DNA from: an uncultured Acidobacteriota bacterium
GTDB taxonomy: Bacteria > Acidobacteriota > Terriglobia > Bryobacterales > Bryobacteraceae
Reading direction: 5' to 3'
Length of the DNA stretch: 64,000 bases
Assembly: GCA_963737465.1 (NCBI GenBank)
Contig: CAVTTC010000014.1
Location: 103,567-167,566, forward strand
Positions 28,205 through 37,433 of the stretch are shown here, one piece after another. A program made the position numbers and the translations under genes. How positions within the stretch are numbered: the stretch's first letter is position 1; every line of letters begins with the position of its first letter. Below the pieces are notes generated by a model that made no database searches, was not told where the DNA came from, and saw nothing but the letters and a program-made list of their open reading frames with translations.

Positions 28205-28640
28205 TCAATTCGTTCTGGTCTTTTCGACCGTCTCCGTTGTGCCATGTTGTGCCGCGGGCTTCGGCTCAGCTTTTTCGGCCATCAATTTGTCCAATATTGC
28301 GGCCACATCCTGATCGGTGTCCGGAAGCGCCTGCTGGTAGATTTTCGCGGTGGTGTACGGGTCCCGATGACCGAGGCGCTTCGATACGTTTGCGATCGGC
28401 ACGCCGTTGGCGAGCAGCGTTGAGGCGTGCGTGTGTCGTAACTTGTGGAGACTCACTCCCTTCAGGCCGATCTTGATTGCGAGGTCCCGTATGGCGCAGG
28501 ACGGTCCAGCAGCGCACGGGCGTAAGGGCGTCCTCGTTGATGCCGGGATCCGCGACATCCGCCAGTCTCCGCTGGTCAAGGCTGCCGAACAGCAAGCTGC
28601 TCGGCACACTGCGGCGAAGTCGGCGAGGATCCGACTGTAA
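28205..28640 (-). pseudogene. tyrosine recombinase (phage integrase family), C-terminal catalytic fragment only
   Basis: The intact stretch GVSLHKLRHTHASTLLANGVPIANVSKRLGHRDPYTTAKIYQQ carries HxxR ... H ... Y. Upstream sequence is only recognisable in another frame (SLDQRRLADVADPGINEDALTPVR), and the N-terminal two-thirds is absent. Confidence 0.7.
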
Positions 28641-29071
28641 AACGCAGTGAAACAGTGGCGGTCAGGTATGGGGAGGCGCAGGAGCGAGAGGCCAACACGT
28701 TGGGGGTTTGAGGATCTATGGCAATCCCCTACTGGGGACATGAGCCACGCGTTCAAACCGCCGGCCGGACGTCGCGCTGCGTCCTCCCAGCTCGAGCCTA
28801 CCACCACCGGCCCTGAAATGATAGGGTTCTCCTATTCGCATGTTCTCTTGCTCGTGGAGCCCTGAAGCAGAACGGCCGCCCGATGCCGAAGCACCGAGCG
28901 GCCGTGAAGTTGGCGTCAGAACCCTCGGGAAGATTTTCGCCAGGGGCGCGCGGCGATTCGAATTGTCTGCCGCACAGCCGGTGAAAGCGATAGAGAGCGA
29001 CTCTGAAAGTGGGGCCTGAAGACTGGGGGCCGCCTGCCAGCCTGGGGCAGCCGGGCTGATAAGGAGGAACC

Positions 29072-29560
29072 ATGCGATTTTCTCGGGTTCTTGCATGTTC
29101 GATGTGGGTTACCGCTTGTTTTGCTGCCGCCCCAACGATCAGCACAATTGTGAGCGGCGGATCCTTCAATCCCTCGAAGATCTCTGCGGGCGCATTCGCC
29201 ACGGTCGTCGGATCCGATCTATCAGACCAGCAGTACACGGACTCCGTTCCATGGCCAAAGCAACTCGGGGCGACAACAGTAACTATCTATGACAACGAGC
29301 GCAATAACTGCGTCTTTCCGCAACTCACGTAAGTTGGCCCGAAGAGCAATGAAAGGTTTCCGATGAACGGCTACTCTCCAGAGATTTTTCGCATAGGGTA
29401 CGACTGTCTCATCGATGACCGCTATCAGAATCGCCACCCAAATTGTGGGCTTACTCCGTAAGCGAGCAAGTACAACCAGGCTTTCCGCGGCGCGATAACT
29501 GATCAGGGTGGAGTCATCCGATCCTCTGTCAACCCGGCCAAACTCGGAATACGAAAGGGG
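29072..29560 (+). pseudogene. fragment of an acidobacterial surface-protein paralogue (TIGR03437-like repeat), with in-frame stop and frameshift
   Basis: Signal peptide, then PTISTIVSGGSFNPSKISAGAFATVVGSDLS...LGATTVTIYDN...PQLT*VGPK...YSPEIF. This resembles the AASF..APG..IFG.NL...APGIF pattern of that family. The reading stops at 29330 and continues in other frames. Confidence 0.35.
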
Positions 29561-29577
29561 TGGATGAATTGGGCGTA

Positions 29578-29971
29578 GTGGCTACCATCAACCCGAAAAA
29601 GTACGGGGGACTCCCGGCGAAGGCGCTCGAAGGCGATCGAGACCGATGAAGAGTTGGAGCATTTTTCAGAGATGCTCGAACAACTTGACCGGCTCGACCG
29701 CGAATTGACACCGGAAGAAACGGCCCTGGAGGCTCTCCTACTGCGCTTGATCCAGGATTACGACGACAAGATCGAACTACCCGACGTTCCGCCGCATCAG
29801 ATGGTCCAATGCCTGATCGAGCAGCGCGGACTGCGGCAGGCTGACTTGGTGCCAATTCTCGGAACACGCACACAGGCGAGTGATTTGGTGAGCGGCAAGC
29901 GTGGAATGAGCAAGGCTCAGGCCAAGAAACTGGCAGAGTTTTTCAAGGTGTCAGTCGAGTTGTTCATATGA
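29578..29971 (+). CDS. higA: HigA-type (COG5499-like) HTH antitoxin, frameshifted near 29627-29631
   Basis: The frame from the GTG at 29578 gives VATINPKKYGGLPAKAL. The tracked frame then gives KAIETDEELEHFSEMLEQL...LIQDYDDK...QRGLRQADLVPILGTRTQASDLVSGKRGMSKAQAKKLAEFFKVSVELFI. No partner toxin is recognisable upstream. Confidence 0.6.
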
Positions 29972-30131
29972 ACACATTTATTCCGGCGATGATCGCGGAA
30001 GGGCTTGCCAACAGCAAATGCCGCCGGCCCGATTTCTCGGTCAATCCATCGGTCATCGACTCTTAGCCCGAACGGGACTCGGAGGTTCCCAATCGGCAAC
30101 CGTGTCACCATGGCACCTCATCAGTGTGCAT

Positions 30132-30404
30132 TCAATCGTGCGATTCAGCCGTTCCGCCACTCTCTTCCACCTTCCGCCAGGCCGTACCTTTGCGTTCTGC
30201 GCTACTACGATTCGCTTTGCAAAGGTAACACGAGCACGGCCGGCAGTGAGTCGACGCGAGTATGCCGATCTGCTTCGGATCATCGATGGGAAGGGCAAAC
30301 CCCATTCCGCCAAACCAAGAGAACCGAACGCGGCGGGCCCTCTGTTTCATGCGGGCCTGGTCAGCCCGGCGGCGCGCCCGTTTCATGTTCCGCGACAGCT
30401 GCAT
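30132..30404 (-). CDS. small basic Cys-containing hypothetical (phage-like)
   Basis: MQLSRNMKRARRRADQARMKQRARRV ... THCRPCSCYLCKANR .... Lies inside the island. The start is uncertain (30404 or 30386) and no family is assigned. Confidence 0.25.
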   Translation of the reverse strand: MQLSRNMKRARRRADQARMKQRARRVRFSWFGGMGFALPIDDPKQIGILASTHCRPCSCYLCKANRSSAERKGTAWRKVEESGGTAESHD

Positions 30405-30487
30405 CTCGATTTTGATTGTACGCAAACAGAACGGCCCCCGATGGGCTGAGCACCGACCGCCCGGGCTAGTCACTCGTTAGAGCGGTG

Positions 30488-32521
30488 TCACCTTACCAGC
30501 GTCAGCCTTCTCGTACAAAACGCATCGTATGGCTTAGCTCCGGAAAACACCAGCGTCAACGTCAGCCCGTCCGCCGAAATCCACTTGGCCGGTAATCGGT
30601 ATCCGTGCGTTCCGGCGACGTCCCACTGGCGATGGAGAATCGTCGTCCACGGGCCCCAAGGCTCGGGCGCGTCGAAGAGTCCCCATCCGCCCGCATGGTC
30701 GTATCCCAACGCCATCAGATACCGCCCGATCCCGGCATCGTACACGACGTCCACCCGCTGGCAGTTCGCCGGATACGAAAACACCGCACCACGGCGCGCA
30801 ATGTCGGCTGTCCATATCGGCCGTCCCCCGGCATCCAGCCGTTCGAAAAACTCCCAGGCGCCGCGCTCGCGAATCCGGTCCTTGGGTACGCGGGCCAGCA
30901 TCAGGCTGTTGTCGCTTTCATACGCCGACGGGCCATCCTGGGAGTACGTGTACACAAAGCCGTCGCGCGCGCCCGTGTAGTCTCGGCCGAAATTCAGAAA
31001 AACGGGGGATCCGAATCCAGTCTCCATCCTGAATCCCCACTGCCATGTCTTGCCCCGATCCTCCGACCACAGAAGTTGAGCATTCGCGACGTTGCGAACC
31101 CATAGGTACAGCACGCCCTTCACCATCAGGATTCCGCTCGCCTTTGGACTGCTGACCCCGTTGCCGGTCCGCTCGCCATCCGAACGCAGATTTTCGCCGT
31201 GATAGTCGTCTGGGCCGCCCGCGATGCGCGCGAACCCCATGCCCAGTTTTCTTTCGATGTAGGGTTCGAACCCGAACCCATCGCCATACGAGGTGTATTG
31301 CTGATCGTCGTCGGCCCACGTCAGCGGCCAATTATCGCTGTCGATGGCCGAGCGGCGGATCTCTTTGCCGAACATGCCGCCGTGGATTACGGGGCTCGGT
31401 GGGTAGGGAGCACGAACTGTGACCGCTTCCATCAACGGCTTCACTACCAGATCATAAACAGGTCCCCAAAACCCCGCTCGAGTGTCGTCGAGCGCAGTCC
31501 CGTTGCGGACGACGATCAGGTCCAGGCTGGGCGAGACGACGATGATCTGATGTTGGGCGCCTGCGCCTGCAAAGGTGTCACGCGGCGCCGCCGGCCAGAC
31601 CCCATCCTCGTTGGTGTACCACGCCAGGCCCGATGCGGGCGCTAAGTTCATAGCGCTCCTCTGAGGACGAGGCATACCCTGATCGGTCAGCACTTTCTTC
31701 ACGATGTCGCGCCGGATCAACTCGTGCCCGTTCAGCTGACCTCCGAGCATCATCAACTGCCCGATTCGCGCTGCTGCCCGCGCGGTGAAGCTCGCGCCGC
31801 CCCAGTTCGCATAGAGCTTCAGCCCGTCTACTTCATAGGCCCGCCCGTATCCGATGGACCACCATCGCTCCGGCACTCCGAGCGGGTCGAGCAAACGCTC
31901 CTTCATCAAGGTGCGAATCTCCCCTCCTTTCAGGGCTGCCGTGATCGCGTACGAGAGGGCCGCCATTCCCGGGTTGCTGTAAGCGTATTGCGTTCCCGGC
32001 TCGAAGAGCACCGGGGCCTGCTGCACCGCAATCGAAAACGGGTCCGGAGACCGCTTCCAAAAGTTGCCCTTCCAGCCGGGGAGCTGTTCATGCGGGATTT
32101 CGTCCTGCTCCGCGTCGGAGATGCCCGAGGTGTGGGTCGCCAGTTGCCTGATCGTGATCTTCGACTTGAGCGGGTCCGCCCTCCAGGCGGGAATGTACTT
32201 CGATGCCAGATCATCCGGCGAAATTCGGCCGTCACTCATCGCCACCGCCAGCGACATCCCGCCGACCAGAGCCTTCGCCATCGAAGCCGTACCGTGCGGC
32301 TTGTCGGAGTCCCACCCGGGCGCGTACCATTCGAGCGCGATTCGCCCATGACGGATCGTGATCAGGCCGGTGGTCCCGTGACGTGCGAGGCTGCTGCGCC
32401 ACGTCTCCAGCTTTTTGGCATCGAATCCCGCTTCCTCGGGCTCGATGGTGGCCCAATGCAATGGCTGCGCACACACCAGCCCAATGCAGACCATCATTAA
32501 ACCAACCGGGATCAAACGCAT
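30488..32521 (-). CDS. serine hydrolase (beta-lactamase/PBP-like, SxxK = SMAK) fused to a C-terminal beta-propeller-like domain
   Basis: 677 aa with a signal peptide, GTASMAKALVG, YAYSNPG and THTSGI. The C-terminal half has W/D/G-rich repeats (DNWPLTWADDDQQYTSYGDG, LLWSEDRGKTWQW). Confidence 0.7.
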   Translation of the reverse strand: MRLIPVGLMMVCIGLVCAQPLHWATIEPEEAGFDAKKLETWRSSLARHGTTGLITIRHGRIALEWYAPGWDSDKPHGTASMAKALVGGMSLAVAMSDGRISPDDLASKYIPAWRADPLKSKITIRQLATHTSGISDAEQDEIPHEQLPGWKGNFWKRSPDPFSIAVQQAPVLFEPGTQYAYSNPGMAALSYAITAALKGGEIRTLMKERLLDPLGVPERWWSIGYGRAYEVDGLKLYANWGGASFTARAAARIGQLMMLGGQLNGHELIRRDIVKKVLTDQGMPRPQRSAMNLAPASGLAWYTNEDGVWPAAPRDTFAGAGAQHQIIVVSPSLDLIVVRNGTALDDTRAGFWGPVYDLVVKPLMEAVTVRAPYPPSPVIHGGMFGKEIRRSAIDSDNWPLTWADDDQQYTSYGDGFGFEPYIERKLGMGFARIAGGPDDYHGENLRSDGERTGNGVSSPKASGILMVKGVLYLWVRNVANAQLLWSEDRGKTWQWGFRMETGFGSPVFLNFGRDYTGARDGFVYTYSQDGPSAYESDNSLMLARVPKDRIRERGAWEFFERLDAGGRPIWTADIARRGAVFSYPANCQRVDVVYDAGIGRYLMALGYDHAGGWGLFDAPEPWGPWTTILHRQWDVAGTHGYRLPAKWISADGLTLTLVFSGAKPYDAFCTRRLTLVR

Positions 32522-32548
32522 GTCTTATTTTGTGCCGTTCGCAATCTC

Positions 32549-32993
32549 GTGTTCTACCTGAGCGCAAGGGATGCCGGGGTGACGGCTCATATCGAGCCTG
32601 GCGTCGTCAACGCTATCGCCGATATGCGCGCCACCGGCATCGGCTTCGATGTCAGCACCGATCATGAGAATCTGTCCCGGTTCTCTGTGCACTCGGTCCA
32701 CGGTGCGAGTGAATTTCGACATGGCGAATCTTGTTTTGTACGGCATGGAGGATCCGCCGGCGGCGCTGCGAGCCCTGCTGGCGCGCGTCACATCCGTCCG
32801 TTTGAAAGATGGACTGCCCCCTCCCGATCCCCATCAACTCGGAAGGGAAGTGCGTCTTGGCGAGGGGGATGCGCAAGTCAAGACCAAATTCGGTCAACAC
32901 AGAAGAGGGAAATCGCGCAGTTGCGCTTGGGCGGGATCGGGCGCATATTGGGAACAGGTTGATGCGACACGCATTAACCGTTGGCCGCGCTAG
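32549..32993 (+). pseudogene. 3' fragment of a xylose-isomerase-like TIM-barrel (sugar phosphate isomerase/epimerase) gene, frameshifted
   Basis: One frame gives GVTAHIEPGVVNAIADMRATGIGFDV, another gives FDMANLVLYGMEDPPAALRALLARVTSVRLKDG...GEGDAQV. The 5' half of the gene is missing. Confidence 0.3.
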
Positions 32994-33578
32994 GGAAAAC
33001 CTCCGAGTCCCTAGCGCGGCTGTTCCTTGTGGGTGCGTCCCACCAAGGATATCGATCATTTGAGGTGGTGCGGTGCACGCCGCACCGTTCACTTGCCCGA
33101 CGGGAAGTAGGCTCCACGCTGGGCCGAGCTCCGAACACAACGCGATTTCAGAACACGGATTACTCCGACGCCGCGTCAGGCTGGCATTCGATGCAGACGT
33201 GCATCTTTGATCCAAAATTTGAAGATGATATTTTTCGCCCCCTCTTTGTCTGTGTCGATTGTAAAGTGTTAACACATGCCGAAGGTACTGGGGAAAATCC
33301 TAGAGCATCGCGGGAATCGTAGCTTGCTCGGCCTGGCCTGAAATCGGAATCGCGGAGTCCCGCGCGTTTTCTCTGGCGCGGTGCATGAAGCAAATGGGAT
33401 TTCCCCTTGGGCGGTAACCGTTACGTTTTTGCCCGTGTTGTTATCCTATCTTCCACAAGTGTCATTTGCGTGCCATCACAGCAAGGCCCAGGAAAACAGG
33501 TCAGACAGCCGCATAACATACGACATTCTTCGTCAACCACTTGGCACGCGAGTTATCAGCCGATATGGGCGGGAAGGC

Positions 33579-33606
33579 GTTCGAATGCCCCCTGGGGACG
33601 CCATCC
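33579..33606 (+). repeat. attR-like copy of the tRNA-Glu 3' end
   Basis: Matches 28164-28190 at 26 of 28 aligned positions (one inserted G, one G-to-C change), in the same orientation. The match includes the 3 nt (TCC) beyond the CCA. Confidence 0.6.
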
Positions 33607-33917
33607 CTCGCAAGTCACTAGTCCCTCGAGTTGCGATGCAGCGAATCAAACGCGACCGGATTTTCAAGGTGACGAGCAGCACATGGTTAGTCTGCCTCGA
33701 CCTGCCCGTGAGGCAGGCTCCACCGGCCGCCCGCCGAACTACCTTCGCCGGACTTTCTCCCCCGCCTCGCCAACCAAAACTGACGCCTTTCACAGGCACT
33801 TTTCCACAGGCCCGAAAACCCATTGAACTAAATGAATCTGGGGCGTTTATGATCGCATCTAGGATGCGCTGGCCGATCCGGTTTTTTGGCGTCGCCTGAT
33901 AATCTGAAGGTGGAAAG

Positions 33918-34574
33918 ATGAGTACCACAGCTCAAATCCTCGCAAACCGGCAGAATGCCATGCGGTCCTCCGGCCCGATCACGCCGGAAGGGAAAGCCGC
34001 CTCCAGTCAGAATGCGACCCGTCACGGTCTCAGCGGCCACTTCTCCGTCCTCTCCCACGAGTCCTCCGAGGAGTTCGATGCGCTCGCCGCCCGTCTCGGC
34101 GCCGAGTTCCACCCCGAGGGCGAAAACGAAGGCTTCCTCGTCCATCAGATGATCCAGGCCCGCTGGAAACTCCTCCGCATCGAACGGCTCGAAGGGCTCG
34201 CCTTCGAGCAGATCCTCACCGAGCCCGGATCCGATGACGATCCCGACACCCGTTTGCTCGGAGCCATGGGCCGGAACGGCAACATCCTCGACAAACTCGC
34301 CCGCTACTCGGCCGCCGCCGAACGCTCCTACTTCAAGGCTTTGCGCGAACTCCAGGCGTCGCGGGTTCGCAATCACAAGGCCGAAGCCAGCGCCCTCGAC
34401 GCCTACATAAAGAAGTTCATCAATGCTCCCGTCCCCGGCGAACTCGAGATGAAGGCCTACCATGCCGCCGTGAACGCTTTCGCAAAGGAACAAAACGAAC
34501 CCAAATCCGCCCCCGTACAAAACGAACCCAAAATCACCGGCCGAGGCCTCGGCAATCCGGCGCTCCGGCTCTGA
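33918..34574 (+). CDS. conserved hypothetical protein (ANRxNAxxSxGPxTxEGK family)
   Basis: 218 aa. The N-terminal AQILANRQNAMRSSGPITPEGKAASSQNATRHGL matches a family I recognise as widespread and uncharacterised in Acidobacteria and Planctomycetes. Helical C-terminus. Confidence 0.55.
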   Translation: MSTTAQILANRQNAMRSSGPITPEGKAASSQNATRHGLSGHFSVLSHESSEEFDALAARLGAEFHPEGENEGFLVHQMIQARWKLLRIERLEGLAFEQILTEPGSDDDPDTRLLGAMGRNGNILDKLARYSAAAERSYFKALRELQASRVRNHKAEASALDAYIKKFINAPVPGELEMKAYHAAVNAFAKEQNEPKSAPVQNEPKITGRGLGNPALRL

Positions 34575-34607
34575 AAGGCACGTGTTATATACTTCTGAGG
34601 GAACACC

Positions 34608-35189
34608 ATGCAACCGATTCTCCGCAATCTATTGATCTCGCCTTACCCGAACGCGCGCACGTCCAAGCCGCTCGCCGGGTTGGGAATTCTAGTGCTCATG
34701 GCCATGGCTGCGCCTGTTTTCGGGCAGAAGCCGGGCTATCTGAAGACCGTTGTGGAACCCGGCCGCGCCGGAGTATTCGTGGACGGCAAATATGTTGGTC
34801 CGGCCAAAAACTTCGGCTCTGCCCGCAAGTACCCGCTGGCCGCCGGCGAACACGAAGTGAAACTCGTCGAACCGCGCTACGAAGAGGTGGACCAGAAGGT
34901 GACCATCACGGCGGGTAAGACCACCGTCCTGAACCAGAGCCTCAAAGCGCTCCCGCCGCCCAAGCCTCCATTCGGAATGATCAGGATAATGGGCGCTACA
35001 AAGTATTCGGCTGTTTACATTAACGACAAGTACTACGGTCACGCCGATGAGTACAGCAACCCCTCGCAGCGTCTGCTGATCCCTCCCGGGGAATATGACG
35101 TGAAGGTGGTAGGCGTCGATGGCGGCGCGAGCAAGGAAGAAAAGGTCAAGGTAACGGCAGACCAGACCACCGTCATTAACGTGAAATAG
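34608..35189 (+). CDS. PEGA domain protein (two PEGA repeats), secreted
   Basis: 193 aa. GVFVDGKYVGPA...LAAGEHEVKL and VYINDKYYGHA...IPPGEYDVKV. Confidence 0.7.
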   Translation: MQPILRNLLISPYPNARTSKPLAGLGILVLMAMAAPVFGQKPGYLKTVVEPGRAGVFVDGKYVGPAKNFGSARKYPLAAGEHEVKLVEPRYEEVDQKVTITAGKTTVLNQSLKALPPPKPPFGMIRIMGATKYSAVYINDKYYGHADEYSNPSQRLLIPPGEYDVKVVGVDGGASKEEKVKVTADQTTVINVK

Positions 35190-35258
35190 GACGACCCTGT
35201 CCGCAGCCGGACCACCTCGCTTTGCTACAGTCGGAGTGTACGTATACGAGGACATCGA

Positions 35259-35774
35259 ATGGCCGATGCCGGTATAAAGGATTCTCTGAAGAAGCGGGGT
35301 GTTCGGCTCACCCGTCAGCGCAAGATCCTGCTTGAACTGATTGACCAGTCGGGCGAGCATTTGGACGCCGACAGGTTGTATCTGCTGGCGCACGAGAAGG
35401 ACCCGAAACTCAACCGGGTAACGGTGTATCGCACGCTGAAGCTGCTCAAAGAGGGCGGCCTGGTGGATGAGTTGGACCTCATGCACCACAGCGGCGACCA
35501 GCACTACTATGAGACCCGCCTCAAGCAGGAGCACGCTCACGTCGTCTGCCTGCGCTGCGGGAAAGTGGAAGAGTTCTTCGGCGAACCGCTACAAAAACTG
35601 CGCCGGCAGGTGGAATCGCACTTCGGTTTTCAGATCATCGTCGCGCGTACGGAGATCGGTGGCTACTGCTCCCACTGCCAGACTCTGCGAGCTAAGGATT
35701 TGCAGAATCTGGCTTCGGAACCGGGCGGAAGCGAAAGGGGCGCGACGAAGCAAAGGCCGGCGCGGAGGGGCTGA
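35259..35774 (+). CDS. Fur-family transcriptional regulator
   Basis: 171 aa with LTRQRKILLELI, RVTVYRTLKLLKEGGLV, HAHVVCLRCGKVEEF and CSHC. Has a basic C-terminal extension. Confidence 0.85.
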   Translation: MADAGIKDSLKKRGVRLTRQRKILLELIDQSGEHLDADRLYLLAHEKDPKLNRVTVYRTLKLLKEGGLVDELDLMHHSGDQHYYETRLKQEHAHVVCLRCGKVEEFFGEPLQKLRRQVESHFGFQIIVARTEIGGYCSHCQTLRAKDLQNLASEPGGSERGATKQRPARRG

Positions 35775-37430
35775 TGCGGCCGGCGCTGCTGGTAGTGACC
35801 AACCCCTCAGGCAACCGTAGCCGGGTGCCGGTGGATCCCGTTCCGTTCCTCATCGGCCGCAACGCCGATAACCACCTGGTGCTGCGCGACAACCGGATCT
35901 CGCGCAGTCATGCCCGCATCTTCGTCGAAGACGGCGAGTTCGTCATCGAGAACCTCAAAAGCCGGCACGGTGTATGGATCAATGGACTGCTGGCCGAACG
36001 CTCGGTGCTGCGGGATTCGGATCGCATCGAGTTCGGATTTCCGGATTCATATAGGCTGACCTTCAGCTTCGAAGAGCACGAACTCAACCGGATTCTCGAT
36101 CAGATCACTCCTGCCGGCGGTGGCGGGCCCACCTCGAATCTAGGGAAATTGCGGGCTTTGGTGGAAGTCGCCCGAACCCTTCAGGGTTCGTTTTCAACGT
36201 CCGACGTGCTGACCGCGGTGGTGGATGCCTCGCTGGCTGTCACGGGTGCCGAACGCGGATTCCTGCTGCTCAAGCGCGGGAAAAGTCTGGACATGAAGGT
36301 CGCCCGTGATTGTCGCGGAACGCCGCTCGCGAGCGACGATCTGAAAGTGCCGATGTCGGTGATCAACCGCGCCCTGAACCAGCGGCGGGAACTGCTGTCC
36401 ATGTCCTTCGATCCGCTGGAGGAGCAGGGCGTGCGGCCGGAATCGTCGGTGGCGAACCTGGAACTGCGCAGCGTGGTCTGCGTGCCGTTGGTCCGCGTTC
36501 GCACCACCAGACGCGCAGGAGACGTCCATCCTGTCCTCGGCCAATGAGACGGTCGGAGTCCTGTACATGGATTCCCGGGGCGCTCCCGCGGACCTCTCCC
36601 ACGGCAACCGGGAATTGCTGCAGACGTTGGCGCTCGAAGCATCCACGGTGCTCGAAAATGCGCGCCTGCTCGAAGAGGAACGCGCCAAGCAACGGCTCGA
36701 AGAAGAACTGGATATTGCCCGGAAGATCCAGATGGGATTGCTTCCATCGGAGTTGCCGCGCACCGGATGGTTCCGCGCCGCCGGTTCCAGTATCCCGTCG
36801 GCGCAGGTCGGCGGGGACTTTTTCGATATCCGCCGGCTGCACGCGAACGCGTGGCTGACCATGGTGGCCGATGTCTCGGGTAAAGGGGTGAGTTCGGCCC
36901 TGCTCGCATCGTTGTTACAGGGAGCGTTCCTGCTGGCCTCCGACGACCCGGGCCAGATCAATGCGACGCTCATGAAAGTGAACCGGTACCTGCTGGAGCG
37001 TACCCGCGGCGAGAAGTACGCGACCGTGTTCTACGGCGCAACCTCGGCCGACGGCCTCTTGCGCTGGGCCAACGCGGGACATTGCGCCCCGTTGCTGCTG
37101 CATGCCGACGGGCGGATGCGCTCCCTGCGGACCACCGGGCTTCCTTTGGGGATGTTGGAAACCGCCGAGTACAGCGTGGAGACCGTCACCCTGGAACCGG
37201 GCGACAAGGTGGTAGTGTACAGCGATGGCCTCACCGAAGCCGAGAACTCCGAGGACCAGTTCTTCGGTATCGAGCGGCTGCGGCAGACCCTGCGGAACCA
37301 CGCGCGGGACAGTTGTGATGCCGTGCATGCGGCGATTCTGGAGGCCGTCGAAAAGTACACCGAGAGTTCCGTGCTGAGCGACGACATCACCCTGGTGGTG
37401 TTCGAATACCATCCTGAGGTGGGCGGCTAG
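35774..37430 (+). CDS. FHA - GAF - PP2C/SpoIIE serine phosphatase, frameshifted near 36498-36510
   Basis: FHA: FLIGRNADNHLVLRDNRISRSHARI...GVWING. The GAF region follows. The tracked ORF ends at 36547, but the next frame continues PPDAQETSILSSANETVGVLYMDSRG...ARKIQMGLLP...QVGGDFFDI...VYSDGLTEA... to 37430. The start overlaps the fur stop (TGATG). Confidence 0.8.
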
Positions 37431-37433
37431 ACT

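Larger units (their letters stand above)
28164..33606. mobile_element. degraded tRNA-Glu-associated integrative island (about 5.4 kb) bounded by an imperfect direct repeat of the tRNA 3' end
   Basis: GTTCGAATCCCCGTGGGGACGCCATCC (28164-28190) is repeated as GTTCGAATGCCCCCTGGGGACGCCATCC (33579-33606). An integrase remnant lies directly next to the tRNA. The interior is rich in gene fragments and has low coding density. Confidence 0.6.

Noticed and set aside
29340-29577. Search for a HigB/RelE-type toxin upstream of the HigA-like antitoxin
   Set aside because: None of the six frames shows the expected toxin patterns. The region instead continues the decayed surface-protein paralogue.
32525-32791. 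88-aa minus-strand ORF downstream of the serine hydrolase
   Set aside because: It has no recognisable motifs. The opposite strand shows the remnants of a xylose-isomerase-like TIM-barrel gene, which better explains the open frames.
33024-33082. Two hairpins (ccttgtggg..cccaccaagg and ggtgcgg-tgcacg-ccgcacc) in the non-coding part of the island, considered as a possible ncRNA
   Set aside because: They are short isolated stems with no recognisable RNA-family features and no flanking promoter or terminator signals that I can support.
35241-35248. CGTATACG palindrome upstream of the fur-family gene, considered as a possible Fur box
   Set aside because: It is only 8 nt long and does not resemble the 19-bp AT-rich Fur consensus.
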